From Selaginella moellendorffii (Eukaryota; Plantae; Lycopodiophyta), in assembly GCF_000143415.4 (NCBI RefSeq), contig NW_003314283.1:1109734-1173733 (forward strand): a stretch of DNA of 64,000 nt, read 5' to 3'. A model generated the notes under the pieces. That model did no database searches. It saw only the letters and a program-made list of their open reading frames with translations, and was not told the origin of the DNA. Of the stretch, positions 1-12,359 are shown piece by piece (positions within the stretch are counted from its first letter, which is position 1; the number at the start of each line of letters is the position of its first letter). The position numbers and the translations under genes are program-made.

Positions 1-744
1 TCCCTTTGTCAGTCCCCACTAAGTCCCTTTCTGCCCCTGGCCGTGTTTGCCAACACTGCCACTTGATCGAGACCCACAGGCCCGACCACTAAGTCCCACG
101 GTCCTCTGGGACTTCCTCACCACACAACTGTGTCCTTGGTCACTACCCCAGAGGACTGCTCCTCTTCCTTTCCACAGTCTGGGCCTTTGGGGCAACATTT
201 CGGAACACCGTGGCCTTACGCGAGCCACCTGGGTACTCTCCTCGCCTTCTGCCCTTAGGTGCTCTAGCCATGGGCTTAGAGCGAGGTTCCGTTGAGCCAC
301 GCCTGGTATCCAAGTAGGTAGTGCCACCCACACTTGGACTGGGAGCATCGGCCAGTCGATCTCCCGGGGGAACTAGAGCCGGCTCTTGAACACTTCACCA
401 AGCTACCCCGCTTGTCAGTCCGTGTTCACTCTAGTCTTGGACTTCCCAGTGGGCAGCTCATCACCCAACACTGGGTCCGGCCTTCCTGGGCCAAACTGGC
501 CTTTCCTTGCCAAACTGGCTCCACTGCAGTCCTCCCCCTACTATACTTTTGGAGCTCACCAAACCCCCCAGGGTCTGGGAGACGAACGCTTTGGGCTTTC
601 ACCCTCTCAGGCTCCGGACTCGGACTCGGACTCGGACTCGGACTCGGACTCGGACTCGGACTCGGACTCGGACTCGGACTCGGACTCGGGCTCGGGCTCG
701 GTCTCGGCCTCGGCCTCGGCCTCGGTCTCGGTCTTTGGTCCCGA

Positions 745-776
<32 letters not shown>

Positions 777-1416
777 CCGGTCTCGGTCTCGACTTCGGAC
801 TCCATCTCGGACTCCATCTCGGACTCCATCTCGGACTCCATCTCGGGTCCATCTCGGACTCCATCTCGGACTCCATTTCGGGTCCATCTCGGGTCCACCT
901 CGGACTCCATCTCGGACTCCATCTCGGGTCCATCTCGGACTCCACTTCGGACTCCAACTCGGGCTCCATCTCGGGTCCATCTCGGACTCCACTTCGGACA
1001 CCAACTCGGGCTCCATCTCGGGTCCATCTCGGACTCCACTTCGGACACCAACTCGGGTCCATCTCGGGTCCACCTCGGACTCCACTTCGGACTCCTTCTC
1101 GGACTCCATCTCGGGTCCATCTCGGACTCCATCTCGGACTCCATTTCGGGTCCATCTCGGGTCCACCTCGGACTCCATCTCGGACTCTCCCACGTGTCAT
1201 GTGTTGGCCCTTTTGGGTCCCTTTTTGGAGCCTCGCCTTTTGCTCGCTTCGTGCTCGTTCCTCGAGCACTTCGTTGGGAGTTCCACTCCTGCTCTTGACT
1301 TTTCAAGTCGGAGCTTTTGGTCCAAACGTGTTACACTCGTTCGGCTCTTGCTTCGGCCACTACCATGTAGCGCCCTTCCGGCTCCACTTTGGGGCCTAGG
1401 GATTTTGTGTCTCACA
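1..1416 (-). mobile_element. Family B LTR (copy B1), runs off the window start; inserted into the 5' LTR of element A1
   Basis: The minus strand from 1416 reads TGTGAGACACAAAATCCCTAGGCC, matching the LTR starts at 27088 and 37526, and stays colinear with them. The host A-LTR resumes at 1417 (GCTAGTTGG, equal to 7506). Confidence 0.9.
613..1186. repeat. Compound micro/minisatellite inside the B LTR: (GGACTC)n, (GGTCTC)n and 11-12 nt CCATCTCGGACT/CCATCTCGGGT units
   Basis: Tandem units are directly visible. They explain the stop-free DS/GL/TR/SR/WSPR ORFs in the track. Confidence 0.95.
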
Positions 1417-4400
1417 GCTAGTTGGTGGAGTACCCATATCCTCGCGTTAGGCCACCGGTATGCCGAAATAGCGCCAGACTCCGTTTGGCTCCGTTTTGCG
1501 TGTTGGTCCTGGCATTGGGATGCTGGTTGCTCCAGGACTGTTCCAAGTCGCTCCGGACTCCCGTCCCTTCGCTCCTTGGGCTTCATGCTCGGGAGTTGCT
1601 CCGTGGTTCGGTTTTGTCACTCCTCGGCTCCATGCTTGGGAGTTTGGCACCGTTCCTTCGTTCAGTGGCCCAAGGCCCTGAACCTCGGGTTCCTGTGGAC
1701 ACGTGGCATGGACACGTGGCATGTGACACATGGCATCTGTCACGTGGCACAAAGAGGGTTTAGGTTCCGCTTCGTGGTGTTATCCTATGGTAAATCACCA
1801 TAGGATAAAGGGTCAAAACCACGTGCGCTACATTTGGTATCAGAGGATGAGTCTCAGCGAGTACTATTCAATGAGATTGGGCAACTAGTCTCGTTGCATA
1901 CGCAGAGATGAAAACGATGATCCAAGTGGGTACACGTTTGGTGCAAAGGGTTCACATTTGTTCCTTGGGTATGGATTTGGTTACCTTGTTGTACCTTATG
2001 ATGTGAGCTTGCTCTTGGGCTCATAAGATGGATTGAGTTGTTCCGTTCGCACGAGTTTGCGTTTGGGCTCGTGAGTGAGGCACATTAGCAACTCAAGGTT
2101 ACACTTTGAGTTGGCAAAATTAATGTTAGCCTATTGGTGGTTCCATGAGTTGTTCCATGTACCGTGAGTGAAAGCAAACCTTCCCTGAGTTTGCTATGAG
2201 TGGCAAATAGGCTGGTCCGTAGCTATTTAGCACGGCACTAGTGGATCCTTCCTAGGCATGATTACAAGTGGATCAATCAAGACTGTAGGGATTAGTCTAT
2301 TGGTTCAAGTAATCATTGCCGTGCTCTCTTATAAACTTTTCTTGGATTGGACTGAAGGCAGTGTGAACGCAAGCTTGAGGTGTAGTCAAAGATGAGACTG
2401 AAAAGAGAGTCGTCGGGGACGAAGGATCAAACACGTAAATCATCTTCTCTTTTGGAGAGATGATTTGCAACGAGGTGTGACTCATTGCTCGTGTTCACAT
2501 TATGCAATCAAGAGTCCCTATCTTGATGCATGTTGGAGGTGATGGTCTTACAAGTGGGGTGAGTCATGGGATGGATAGTGGTGAAGCACTATACCATTTT
2601 GTCTAGACTCGCTATTGGAAGACTTGAGTTGCAATGCTCAATTCTTTTTCTAAGAACCTTGCTATTGCTCCTTGAGTAGCTTGGTGTTGGATTAGTGTTG
2701 AGTTTGGTCAAAAAGAGAGTGGCATGAGTTTGTCCTTGTTGTGAACAAAAGTTAGTGGTGCTGAGTGTTGTAAATCTCTATCGGTGGAGTGTAGCATTTA
2801 TGTTGCATTTTGTCGAATCGAGTTTGCATTTGATACTCACATAAACCTTTGAAGTAATGACATAGACATTACTCGTGGTGTTGCTCAATTGATGATCAAG
2901 TCATTGTGATTTCTATATCATATCCATGTGATAATGAGCAATGTGTTTACGAAGTTGCTTGGTTAAATGATGATCAACCCCAAAGTGGTTGATAGTGAAG
3001 CTAATCTACTTGCAAGAAGTATCATTGTAGTAGCTTTGACGGGATTCTCGATAGTGGTCCATTATGCTAAGCTTAAGTTGGTACGTTGTTCCTTGAGGGT
3101 TTGCCCATAAGGTGTTGGAAAAAGGGTCGTAGCATTCATTTGCTATAGCTTATAAGTTGATTCGTTAACACTTGGAGTAGATCGTTGGATGGAGAAGGTG
3201 TGTAGTTGAGGCATTGACATCGCTAACACTTGTGTTAGTGGAAGTGGCATTGTTATTTCAAGTGATGAGGATTTTCCTTAGAGCTTGATTTTCTATGTCA
3301 TTTTTCTTGTTAGTGTTTTAGCTTCACATTGGATCTTGAAGGTGGTTGAAGAAGAGTGTTAGTGCAATGTGGATATCCGAAGATGTGGTCTTTGTGATCA
3401 AGCCTTGGATGTTCACTTTGCATTTTACGGATGTCGGTGTTGGATGTTGAAAGAATGGGCAAAAAGATGTTCGAGGCTTAAGCATACTATGGGTCATGAG
3501 AATTTGTGTTGAGGTGAACCTATGTGAAGTTGTTAGTAGGAGGAAGTTGGTTGAGTCTTGAAAGTTTGTATTCCTGGACTGAGAGTCATTCTTTCTCTAG
3601 GATGGAAAATTTTTCACAAATTTTCTTAGACTTTTCCAATGGCTGATCTGTTATCACTTTGTTCGAAAACCATTCCGTTTTCGTAAGCCAGTACAAACTA
3701 GTGAAGGGGTTGGAGTTGACTTCGGTTGGCTTAGATCTTAGTAGGTAGTTTGTATGATGCAACCCGAAAAGGATGGTAACTTTTGGGGCTAAGGCAATTG
3801 AGTTGGATAGAGTCTGGAGTTAGTGTAGAAAAGTGGCCATTGCACTTTTCTAGAAAGGTGACCCTTGTGCCTTTCTTTTGTAGCGTTATGCTTGGTGGCA
3901 AGTTGCACTTTGCATTTTGTTAGACTCTATGAGAGTAGTTAGCTCTCACTGATCTTGATTTGGTCTTGGTGGCTTTGCGCCTTGGCTAAGGATAGTGATG
4001 TTCAACTTAGTTGTTTGAGTTTGAGATGTTGGTACCCGTACTGTAGCTTTGTCTATGAGGAGGTTGTGTACCGATATGGATCCATCTCATGGTCTTCACT
4101 TTAGTTTCAGCTGAGTGTTGAACATGCATAGCTAGCCTCTTCAAGGCATGCTCAGAGCTAGTGACTAAATGCATTGGTGAGCTTATCGCGGTTGAGTTGG
4201 ATTCGAGTGGTCATTTAGTTCGTGCTTGTCTATGAAACTTTATCTCGTACCTGAGGTATCACATTCATGTTGGACAAGTGTATGACTAAATGACGTGAGT
4301 TTAGTGTTTCGATCTCGTGAAAGCAAGTTGAAAAAGTGATGGTTAGTAGCTTTGCGACTAATGATTGCTTATAGACTTCAGCGAGCATTGTTTAACACTT

Positions 4401-7400
4401 GCTTCGCTCGATGAAGATTTATCACTGATGGGTTTACTTTACCGGATCGTGTTGTTAGACTTACATGGGTTTTCCATGTTGGCATGTCAACTCTACCTCT
4501 ATCGATGTCATTTGATCGCATTTAGTCCGTGGTGTTGGATTTCATTGAGTCTTGGACGTGGTGATTCACTCCTTGAGGAAGTGTTATCTGTGACTGAGTA
4601 TTGTTGAGAGATTGATCTCAGATACTAACTAAAGTATCTTCGACCTTGGTTAGCTTGGTTGCTAGAAAGTCTTGAGTGGTGATACACTCGTGCTTTCTTC
4701 TAGCTTTGTTCTAGTGTTGATGGTATTGAAGTGATGCCTTATCGTTGACATTGTTGATGTTGAGATTTCAGTGAAATGAGATGTCTCTCTACAAGATTAA
4801 TGTCGAGTTTCATTAGTCTTGATGAAGATAGTGTTGATGATTTGGCTATAGCCTTGTATTATTAGCATTCGCGCATTTGCTAGATAGCAACTGTATTGAC
4901 GTTCAAATGAACTGAGTGGCAAGTTGAGTTAGTTATGTTCTAGATGAGATTAGTAGGGGTTGAGCTTTGAGCTTTTCCTTGAAAAGTGATTTAGTCATGG
5001 ACTATACTAACTCTACAAGTGGGAGAGTTAGTGATTGATATTGGAATATTTGAATCTTTATTGGATTTGAGTTGGAATATATCGATCATTGATGATTCTT
5101 CTTGTGCTTGTTATGATGTGAGTTACGTTTTGCTATAGATGGATTCATGGAGGATCGTTTGGTGATCACTTGTTGAGCATAGCTTTGTTATGCTTAGCTT
5201 TTGGATTGATGTAGACATGCTCTTCATTAGCTTTGCACTAAGAAGTTTAGCTTATGGATGTATTGAGGAGAATATTGTGGGTTGTACCATGATTTCTTCT
5301 TTAACATTGAAGTTAGTCCATGCAAGACTCGTGATCATTATTAGGCAAGACTTGGCTATAGACTTCTTCGAGCTTTTGGTTATTTGAGTTTTTGTGCTCA
5401 TTGTTCCATTTGTTAGAAGTTGTTGGGGAAGGCATTTTGGCTCCTAGCTTCAATGTTGAAATTAGTATTTGCATATGGCAATCATTGGTGATGATTGACT
5501 ATCATCTAAGATAGTTGATTATCCTTGTCAAGGGTTTTGTTTGATTATTGTTGGTATGGAATGATTTGCTGTTCTTCGGGATAGTAGATTCTTTCTTTGA
5601 TGATGATTATGCATTTCTCTATTGATAGGATGATTGATGATCTTTTATGGTAGTTAGTTGTTCTCTTTGATGGCTTTTGGCTTTTTGCAATACCACATGT
5701 TTTTTGTGGTTTGCTCTGGATTGGTCTCTTGGGTTTGAGACATCAGTAGGATATGGCTGACACTTGCTTCAGCAACTTGAGTTCCTTAGTGTTGTTGGCT
5801 GGAATCTATTCGGATTGGCTAGTGTGATCGTTAGCATGAATGAGTGTTTGTTGGTCTTGCCACATTCATTCTGTTGATTATTGCTTGAGTTAGTTTTGAT
5901 AGATTGGGATGTTATTTCCTTCGGGTGATACATTCGCGAGCATTGTGCTTGTCAGTCAATGATACTTTGTGTTCTTTGAGTTATCTCTAGTAAGTTGTTG
6001 CCTTACTGTCTGCTATCTTCGATACTTAAGTTTCATCATTGAGTTTCCTTGATGATATACTTGCTATTGGATTTTATGGGATAGTGAATCCTATGTTTAC
6101 CAATTATGATGATCTTGGTCGTTCCTGTACTACACTACTAGTTTATCAGATGATAACTTACTTGGAATACTTTTGTGTTCTGCTCTAAGTCTCTAAGATA
6201 TCATTGTCTCTGACTTTGATATTGTCCATCTATTGATCTTTGAGTTTGGGCCAGTAATGGGCAGACTGGCTTCGGCACTTCGTGTGCATGGTGAAATCTC
6301 TAGTCATGGGGTAGCTACTGTCGACTGGTCACATAACCCGCCTCTTTGTCGATGTTCCTTATTCCGTTGAAAGGGCGTGACCGTGTAAACAACTCTAACT
6401 GCCTGTTTACAGTAGTCTATCTAAACCTTACCGACGGATTTGGTTTCTTTGCTTAGGAGGGTTGGGGCCTCTGGCTTCTCTCTCTATGTCCCTGCGGGCA
6501 GGGGCATATCACACTTTTGTAAGCTAGGTGACTCCCAGAGCAGCAAGGGTGGCTGACTCCGTTGGTCATTTCCTTGTCGGCGACGGCCGAAAGGTGTCTG
6601 AGCTGGTAGCGCATCCACGTTAGACAAAGAGGTTGCCCCCTAACTCATTTAAGTTGGTGCATTTTTTATATAATGTGAGTACCGTGAACTTATTCTGGAG
6701 TTGTTTCCTTGGCGGTATTCTAGACTCGAGTATGCATCGACGAGGACGTCGATCTTCCCAAGGGGGGGAGAGTGTCGCGCATGTGACTTTGGGTATCGAA
6801 AGTTACCTGTCGACCTGTCCTTACGGACACTCTTACCTTACTGCCACGATGGCAGGAGGTCGGTATTGCTGGACCCGTTATTAGTCTCCGCCTAAGCTAG
6901 TTGAGAAACTGGTCATCACATGTGCACTTAGACCGGAAGGGCACTAAGGAAGGAAATCCTAAGTTGTCATTTAGTCAAGCAGACTTGACACGGTGATGAG
7001 AAACTCATGATGTTGGCTTGCACTTGCTAGTGTTGGGAACCCCCGTGATATTGAGCTTGGTCCCTCAATATCGCTACATGATAGCTTACCGTGTCTGCCA
7101 AACACCCTCGCTATCATGTCCTTTGTGTTAGTCTCATTTTGGTCCCAAATGCTATTTATGGAAAGTGTCCAGATTTGCTCATTTGGCATATCTACGGAAT
7201 GTAGAGATTGTCCTGAACACAATGGTGTTCGTCCCATGCCCAAATTCGCAATCTAGGGACATTCCATATTTAGTAAGTTTCGAGCTTGTCCCAGAGACTA
7301 ACTCCTGATACTAAGGGAGGCTTGGGGTGAAAGCCCAAAGCGTGTGTTCCTCAAGGGGGGGGGGCTATGGGGGGTTCCAAATGTATAGTAGGGATAGTGG

Positions 7401-7921
7401 GTAGGTCGGGCATGGCCGACCAACCTGAGGCATAGTCTAGCTCCCGCTTGCGTGCCTGTCCTTGTTCTGCGTCCGGCTTGGGTCTAAGCCCAAGTTCCAT
7501 TCCATGCTAGTTGGTGGAGTACCCATATCCTCGCGTTAGGCCACCGGTATGCCGAAATAGCGCCAAACTCCGTTTGGCTCCGTTTTGCGTGCTGGTCCTG
7601 GCATTGGGATGCTGGTTGCTCCAGGACTGTTCCAAGCCGCTCCGGGCTCCCGTCCCTTCGCTCCTTGGGCTTCATGCTCGGGAGTTGCTCCGTGGTTCGG
7701 TTTTGTCACTCCTCGGCTCCATGCTTGGGAGTTTAGCACCGTTCCTTCGTTCAGTGGCCCAAGGCCCTGAACCTCGGGTTCCTGTGGACACGTGGCATGG
7801 ACACGTGGCATGTGACACGTGGCATCTGTCACGTGGCACAAAGAGGGTTTAGGTTCCGCTTCATGGTGTTATCCTATGGTAAATCACCATAGGATAAAGG
7901 GTCAAAACCACGTGCGCTACA
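1417..7921 (+). mobile_element. Large non-autonomous LTR element (LARD-like), family A copy A1
   Basis: 5' LTR remnant 1417-1832 ends GCGCTACA. PBS TGGTATCAGAG (tRNA-iMet) at 1835-1845. Polypurine tract (PPT) AGGGGGGGAGAG at 6761-6772. 3' LTR 6773-7921 (TGTCGCGC...GCGCTACA). About 7 mismatches over the 416 shared LTR bases. No long ORF in the 4.9 kb interior. Confidence 0.88.
7787..7837 (+). promoter_or_regulatory. Tandem G-box/ABRE array (4 x CACGTGGC) in the A LTR
   Basis: GACACGTGGC three times plus TCACGTGGC. The 5' LTR has the same array at about 1698-1748, with one unit mutated. Confidence 0.55.
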
Positions 7922-8602
7922 ATAGTATCCTCATCTTATAATTCCATTTAGTTGTACACCTCCTCCTATCTCCACAATCACTATGAAAGAACTCTTTCAT
8001 GAAGAATCTATTTTCCTTTTTACTTTGCATGTTTCTCCTGTTACTCTTTTTGAGAAGTATCATGATTTTGGGGATGTGTTTGACAAGAAAAAAGCTAGTG
8101 TACTGCCTGTTCATCGACCTTATGACTGTCCCATTGATTTACAAGAAGGAGTGTCACCTCCATAGGGGCCTATCTACAGGTTATCCTTGTCTGAGCTTAA
8201 GGCTGTCAAGACCCCCAACAAGATCAAGACTGGAAAATGCAAAAAGACAAAGAGAAAAGCTAGTGGAAACAAAGAAGAGGCCTTAGACTGGCGTTGATTC
8301 AGATTGTGGAGAAATGGAACAAGGCTAACCTAATATATACTATAGGTTGATGAAGCTCCACCACTCTTGGATCGAGGACGGCCTAAATATAGCTGAGGTC
8401 GAGGAGGTGCCACATCATCATCAGGAATGTGGCTCGAGACTCAGGAATCGGGAAGTGTCTCGAGAGTCAGGAATAGGGAAGTGTCTCGAGAGTCAAGAAT
8501 AGGGAAGTGTCTCGAGAGTCAGGAATGTGGTCTGCTGGTCAGGAATCCGGCGAGAGTTAGGAATGTGGCAAGAATTGGGGGATTCCTGACAGCACCCCCT
8601 CC

Positions 8603-11600
8603 TCAAGAACGAGTGGAACGAGGATGTGAACGAGAACGAAGAAGAGGATGAGATGAGCGGCGAGGGATGGGAGATGAAGAAAAAGAATGAGGACTGGGAC
8701 GAGAAGGATAGCAGCGGTGGAAGTCCTGAACAAGGTCAGGAGAATGAATCAGGTTGTCCGCAGGTTCCCAAGTGCGTTCCTCAGGTCCGTAACCCTTCCA
8801 GTCTACCAGATAGTAGAGTTTAGACCGTGAAATCTTGGAATCAAGGATGTCCTGAACCTCGTACTCAGACCCATCCTCGAGCTGCACTGGTGGAGGCGGA
8901 GAATGACCCGATTTGGAATAGGACTGGGAATATAAGGCTTAAGGAGAGAGGAGTGAAAAACGGGGTGAATTTGATATGAGGAGGGAAGTGCAAGGCGATA
9001 AGTCACAGGATTAATGATGGCAGTGATAGGAAAAGGACCAAGGCATTTGAAATCGAGTTTTGGACAGGGCCTGGTGGTGGAGATATTTCGCCTGAGGAGC
9101 CAGACTTTATCCCCGATATTGTAAGGGGGACAATCCTGACGATGGACATTGGCAAATGTTTTATGAGATTCCTGAGCACGATGGAGGTGGAAGGAGATAG
9201 AGTTGTGGATTTTCTGGAGGTTGGAGATAAATGCCTCAGAGCGGGGATTTGAACGAGAGGATTCAGATGGAGAAGGAAGTGAGAGATTGAATTGGGGATT
9301 TCGGCCAGAGTTCGCAAAGAAGGGGGAAACTCGAAGAGAGGAGTGAACAGAGTTGTTATAGGAGAACTCAGCAAGGGGAAGGATATCGAACCAGTTATCC
9401 TGATGATAGTTGATGAAGCACCTCAAGAATTGTTCCAACGTTTGAATCGTTCGCTCGAACTGCCCATCAGTTTGAGGATGATATGCCGAAGAGAGGTTGG
9501 CCTTCACTCCAAGTAGTTGCAAAAACCGTTGCCAGAAATGAGAGATGAACTGAGGCCCCCGATCCGAAACCACATCTGTAGGATTCCCATGAAGTCAGAA
9601 AATTTCCCTGAATACCAGTTTTGCCATGTCCTCACCCAAAAACTCCTTGGTACATGGCAGGAAGTGCGCCATCTTTGTGAAGCAATCCACCACGACTAAA
9701 ATGCTGTTGAAGCCTCCAGAACTCGGAAGATCACTCAAGAAATCCATGGAGATGGATTCCCAAGGACCGAAGGGACCGAAAGGGAACGAAGCAAACCTGA
9801 AGGAAGGTGGCGAGGTACCTTATTCCAGGCACAAGTGTCACAGGAGGTAACAAAAGCTTTTATGTAGTCATCCATGTGAGGCCACCAAAAGTCCCGTGCA
9901 ACTAGCTCATAGGTTTTCGCAATGCCGAAGTGACCAGCAGTTGGGCTATCGTGGCACGCCATCAGGACCAACCTTCAAGCATCACCTTCAAGAACGTAAA
10001 GCTGCTCCCCACGGTACAATAAGCCATCTAAGAACTCGAACTCGTCAAATCGCCGGCAGTCGAGAGTCACTGGGTGTCCAGCCTAAAGATGGGGGAAGAT
10101 GTCGCTAGCGAGATCATCAGATTGAAGATCATTTCTGATTGCATCCATCAAGGAGGAGTCCTGAGGGGCCAGGGAAATTGCCATAACTTGAAGCCGATCA
10201 GGACCGAGGATAACTTGATCCTGTTGATCGAAGGCAGGATTACCAGGCCTGAGACTGAGATAGGAGCGCCTTGAAAGAGCATCAGGAAGGCCTTGAAACT
10301 TTCCAGGTCTGTAGTTGATAACAAAGTCAAACCGACTCAGGAATTGTGCCCACCTTGCTTGACAATGGCTTAAAACTCGGGAAGTGGCAAAGTACTCGAG
10401 ATTTTTGTGATCCGTTTAGACTGTTGTTTGATGGCTCGCCCCCTCCAAGAAACGGCACCACTCTCCAAAGGAATCCACGATGGCAAGGAGCTCCTTGTCG
10501 TGGATTTCGTAATTGATCTCCGCAGGCTAGAATTTCCAAGAATGGAAAGCGACCGGATGAAGTTCGTGATCCGCTCCGAGTTGAGACAGCACAGCACCAA
10601 TGGTAAAGTCGGAGGCGTCAGCCTCGATGAAGAAAGGTTGTGAGGAATCAGCATGGATCAAGACAGGAGCAGAACTGAAAGCCGCCTTGAGTGTGTCGAA
10701 GGCCTGCTGGGCAGCAGCAGACCAAGAGAAGGGAACATCCTTGCGAGTGAGATGTGTGAGAGGAAGGACAATGTTAGAGTAGTGATCAATGAATTTGCGG
10801 TAGAAGTTGGCGAAGCCAAGGAAAACCTGAACGTCCGACATTGATTGTGGAGGCTCCCATTCGAGAATAGTCTTGACTTTGGCAGGATCCATCGTGATAC
10901 CCTCAGGAGTGACAAAGTACCCAAGGAACTCCACAGACTGCTGATCAAAGGAACATTTCTCAAGCTTCGCATATAGGCCGTGTTCTCGCAGCTTCGCTAG
11001 CACCTTGCGTACATGTTCGTCATGCTCCTCCTGAGTTTTTGAGTAGATGAGGATGTCATCGAGGTAGACGATCACCATCTGATCAAGAAACTCCCGAAAG
11101 ACATCGTTCGCCATGTGTTGGAAAACTGCTGGAGCATTTGTCAAGCCAAATGGCATGACAGTGTACTCGAAGTGGCCATAGCGGGTTCGGAACGCAATCT
11201 TCCATTCATCACCAGGTCGGATCCAGATCAGGTTGTATGCTCCACGGAGGTCGATCTTGGTGAAGAAGCGGGCACCGCCGAGGCGTTCCAACAGGTCCGA
11301 GATCAGGGGCAGCAGATAACAATTCCGAACAGTGACCTTGTTCAAACCTCGATAGTCGATGACTAGCCGCAAGCTCCCATCCTTCTTCTTGACAAAAAAG
11401 ACAGGTGCTCCAGCCGGGGACTGCGAATGCTGAATGTAGCCCGAGGCAAGGTTCTCATCCACATACTCTTTGAGGGCCTTAAGCTCGGACGGGGATAACC
11501 CGTAGATAGGCCCCCATGGAGGTGACGCTCCTTCCTGTAAATCAATGGGACAATCATAAGGCCGATGAACAGGCAGTACACTAGCTTTTTTCTTGTCAAA

Positions 11601-12359
11601 CAAATCCCCAAAATCATGATACTTCTCAGGAAGACTGACAGGAGAAACATGCAAAGCAAAAAGAAAAAGAGGTTCTTCATGAAGGAGTTCTTTCATAGTG
11701 ATTGTGGAGATAGGAGGAGGTGTACGACTAAATGGAATGATGAGACGAGGATACGGTCCAGTGTAAGATGGAAGAGAGGAAAAAGAAGAGGGTGAAAACT
11801 TTATAGAGTCAGGAACAGAACCCCGATTTGAGTTTAGGGAACTTTTCCTGATTCGGACTCGATGAACAGCAGGGGAAGCTGTGGGAGAGATGAGCTGTAA
11901 TTCCTTCCAATAGATCTGAGGCTGATGTAGTTGGAACCAAGGAAGACCGAGCACCACAGAGGAGGACTTGCTGTTGATGATGTTGAAGGCGATATCGGTG
12001 ACGGTGGAGCCGATGTGTACTCGAACGGGCAACGTTTCCCTAAGTCCAGAAGATGGAGACACAAAATGCTCGCCGATGCCTTCAACCCTCAAATCCCGTA
12101 TGGTAGGAGAAAGAGGAACGTGATGTCGGGCAGCAAAGTCCGTGTCCATGAAGCAAGAAGTTGCACCCGAGTCCAGTAACGCCAGAGCCTTGAGTCCTGA
12201 TTGTCCAGTGAAAGAAAGGAGACATGGGACGCGGAAGTTGTGGGAATTGGTGGTGGCTTTGATGAAAGGTGGTGAGGAGCTTGATAAAGAAGAAAAGTGA
12301 TTTTTATTCGGGGAGTTCAAACATACAGCTCCTACTCTGTTTGGACAGGGTCGTTTCCC
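8603..12359 (-). pseudogene. pol: Pol of C1 (protease, RT, RNase H, integrase, chromodomain), broken in the 3' half
   Basis: Motifs ALLDSGAT, VYLDD, IEADAS, HDSPTAGHFG, VSDRGPQF, AYHPQTDGQ and YEVQDILDS...YLVDWKGY...TWEP. It is split over several ORFs by stops and frameshifts. Confidence 0.9.

Noticed and set aside
795-1186. Regularly spaced repeats resembling a CRISPR array
   Set aside because: There are no unique spacers and no cas genes, and the context is eukaryotic; this is a minisatellite.
334-1803. Long overlapping ORFs (489, 337, 263 aa and others) with GL/DS/SR repeats
   Set aside because: They arise from stop-free tandem repeats in an LTR, cross an insertion junction, and are not conserved in frame in other B LTRs.
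6773-7921. Retrozyme (hammerhead ribozyme in a non-autonomous LTR)
   Set aside because: No CUGANGA...GAAA core with flanking stems was found by eye; GTGATGAGAAACTC near 6993 does not fit.
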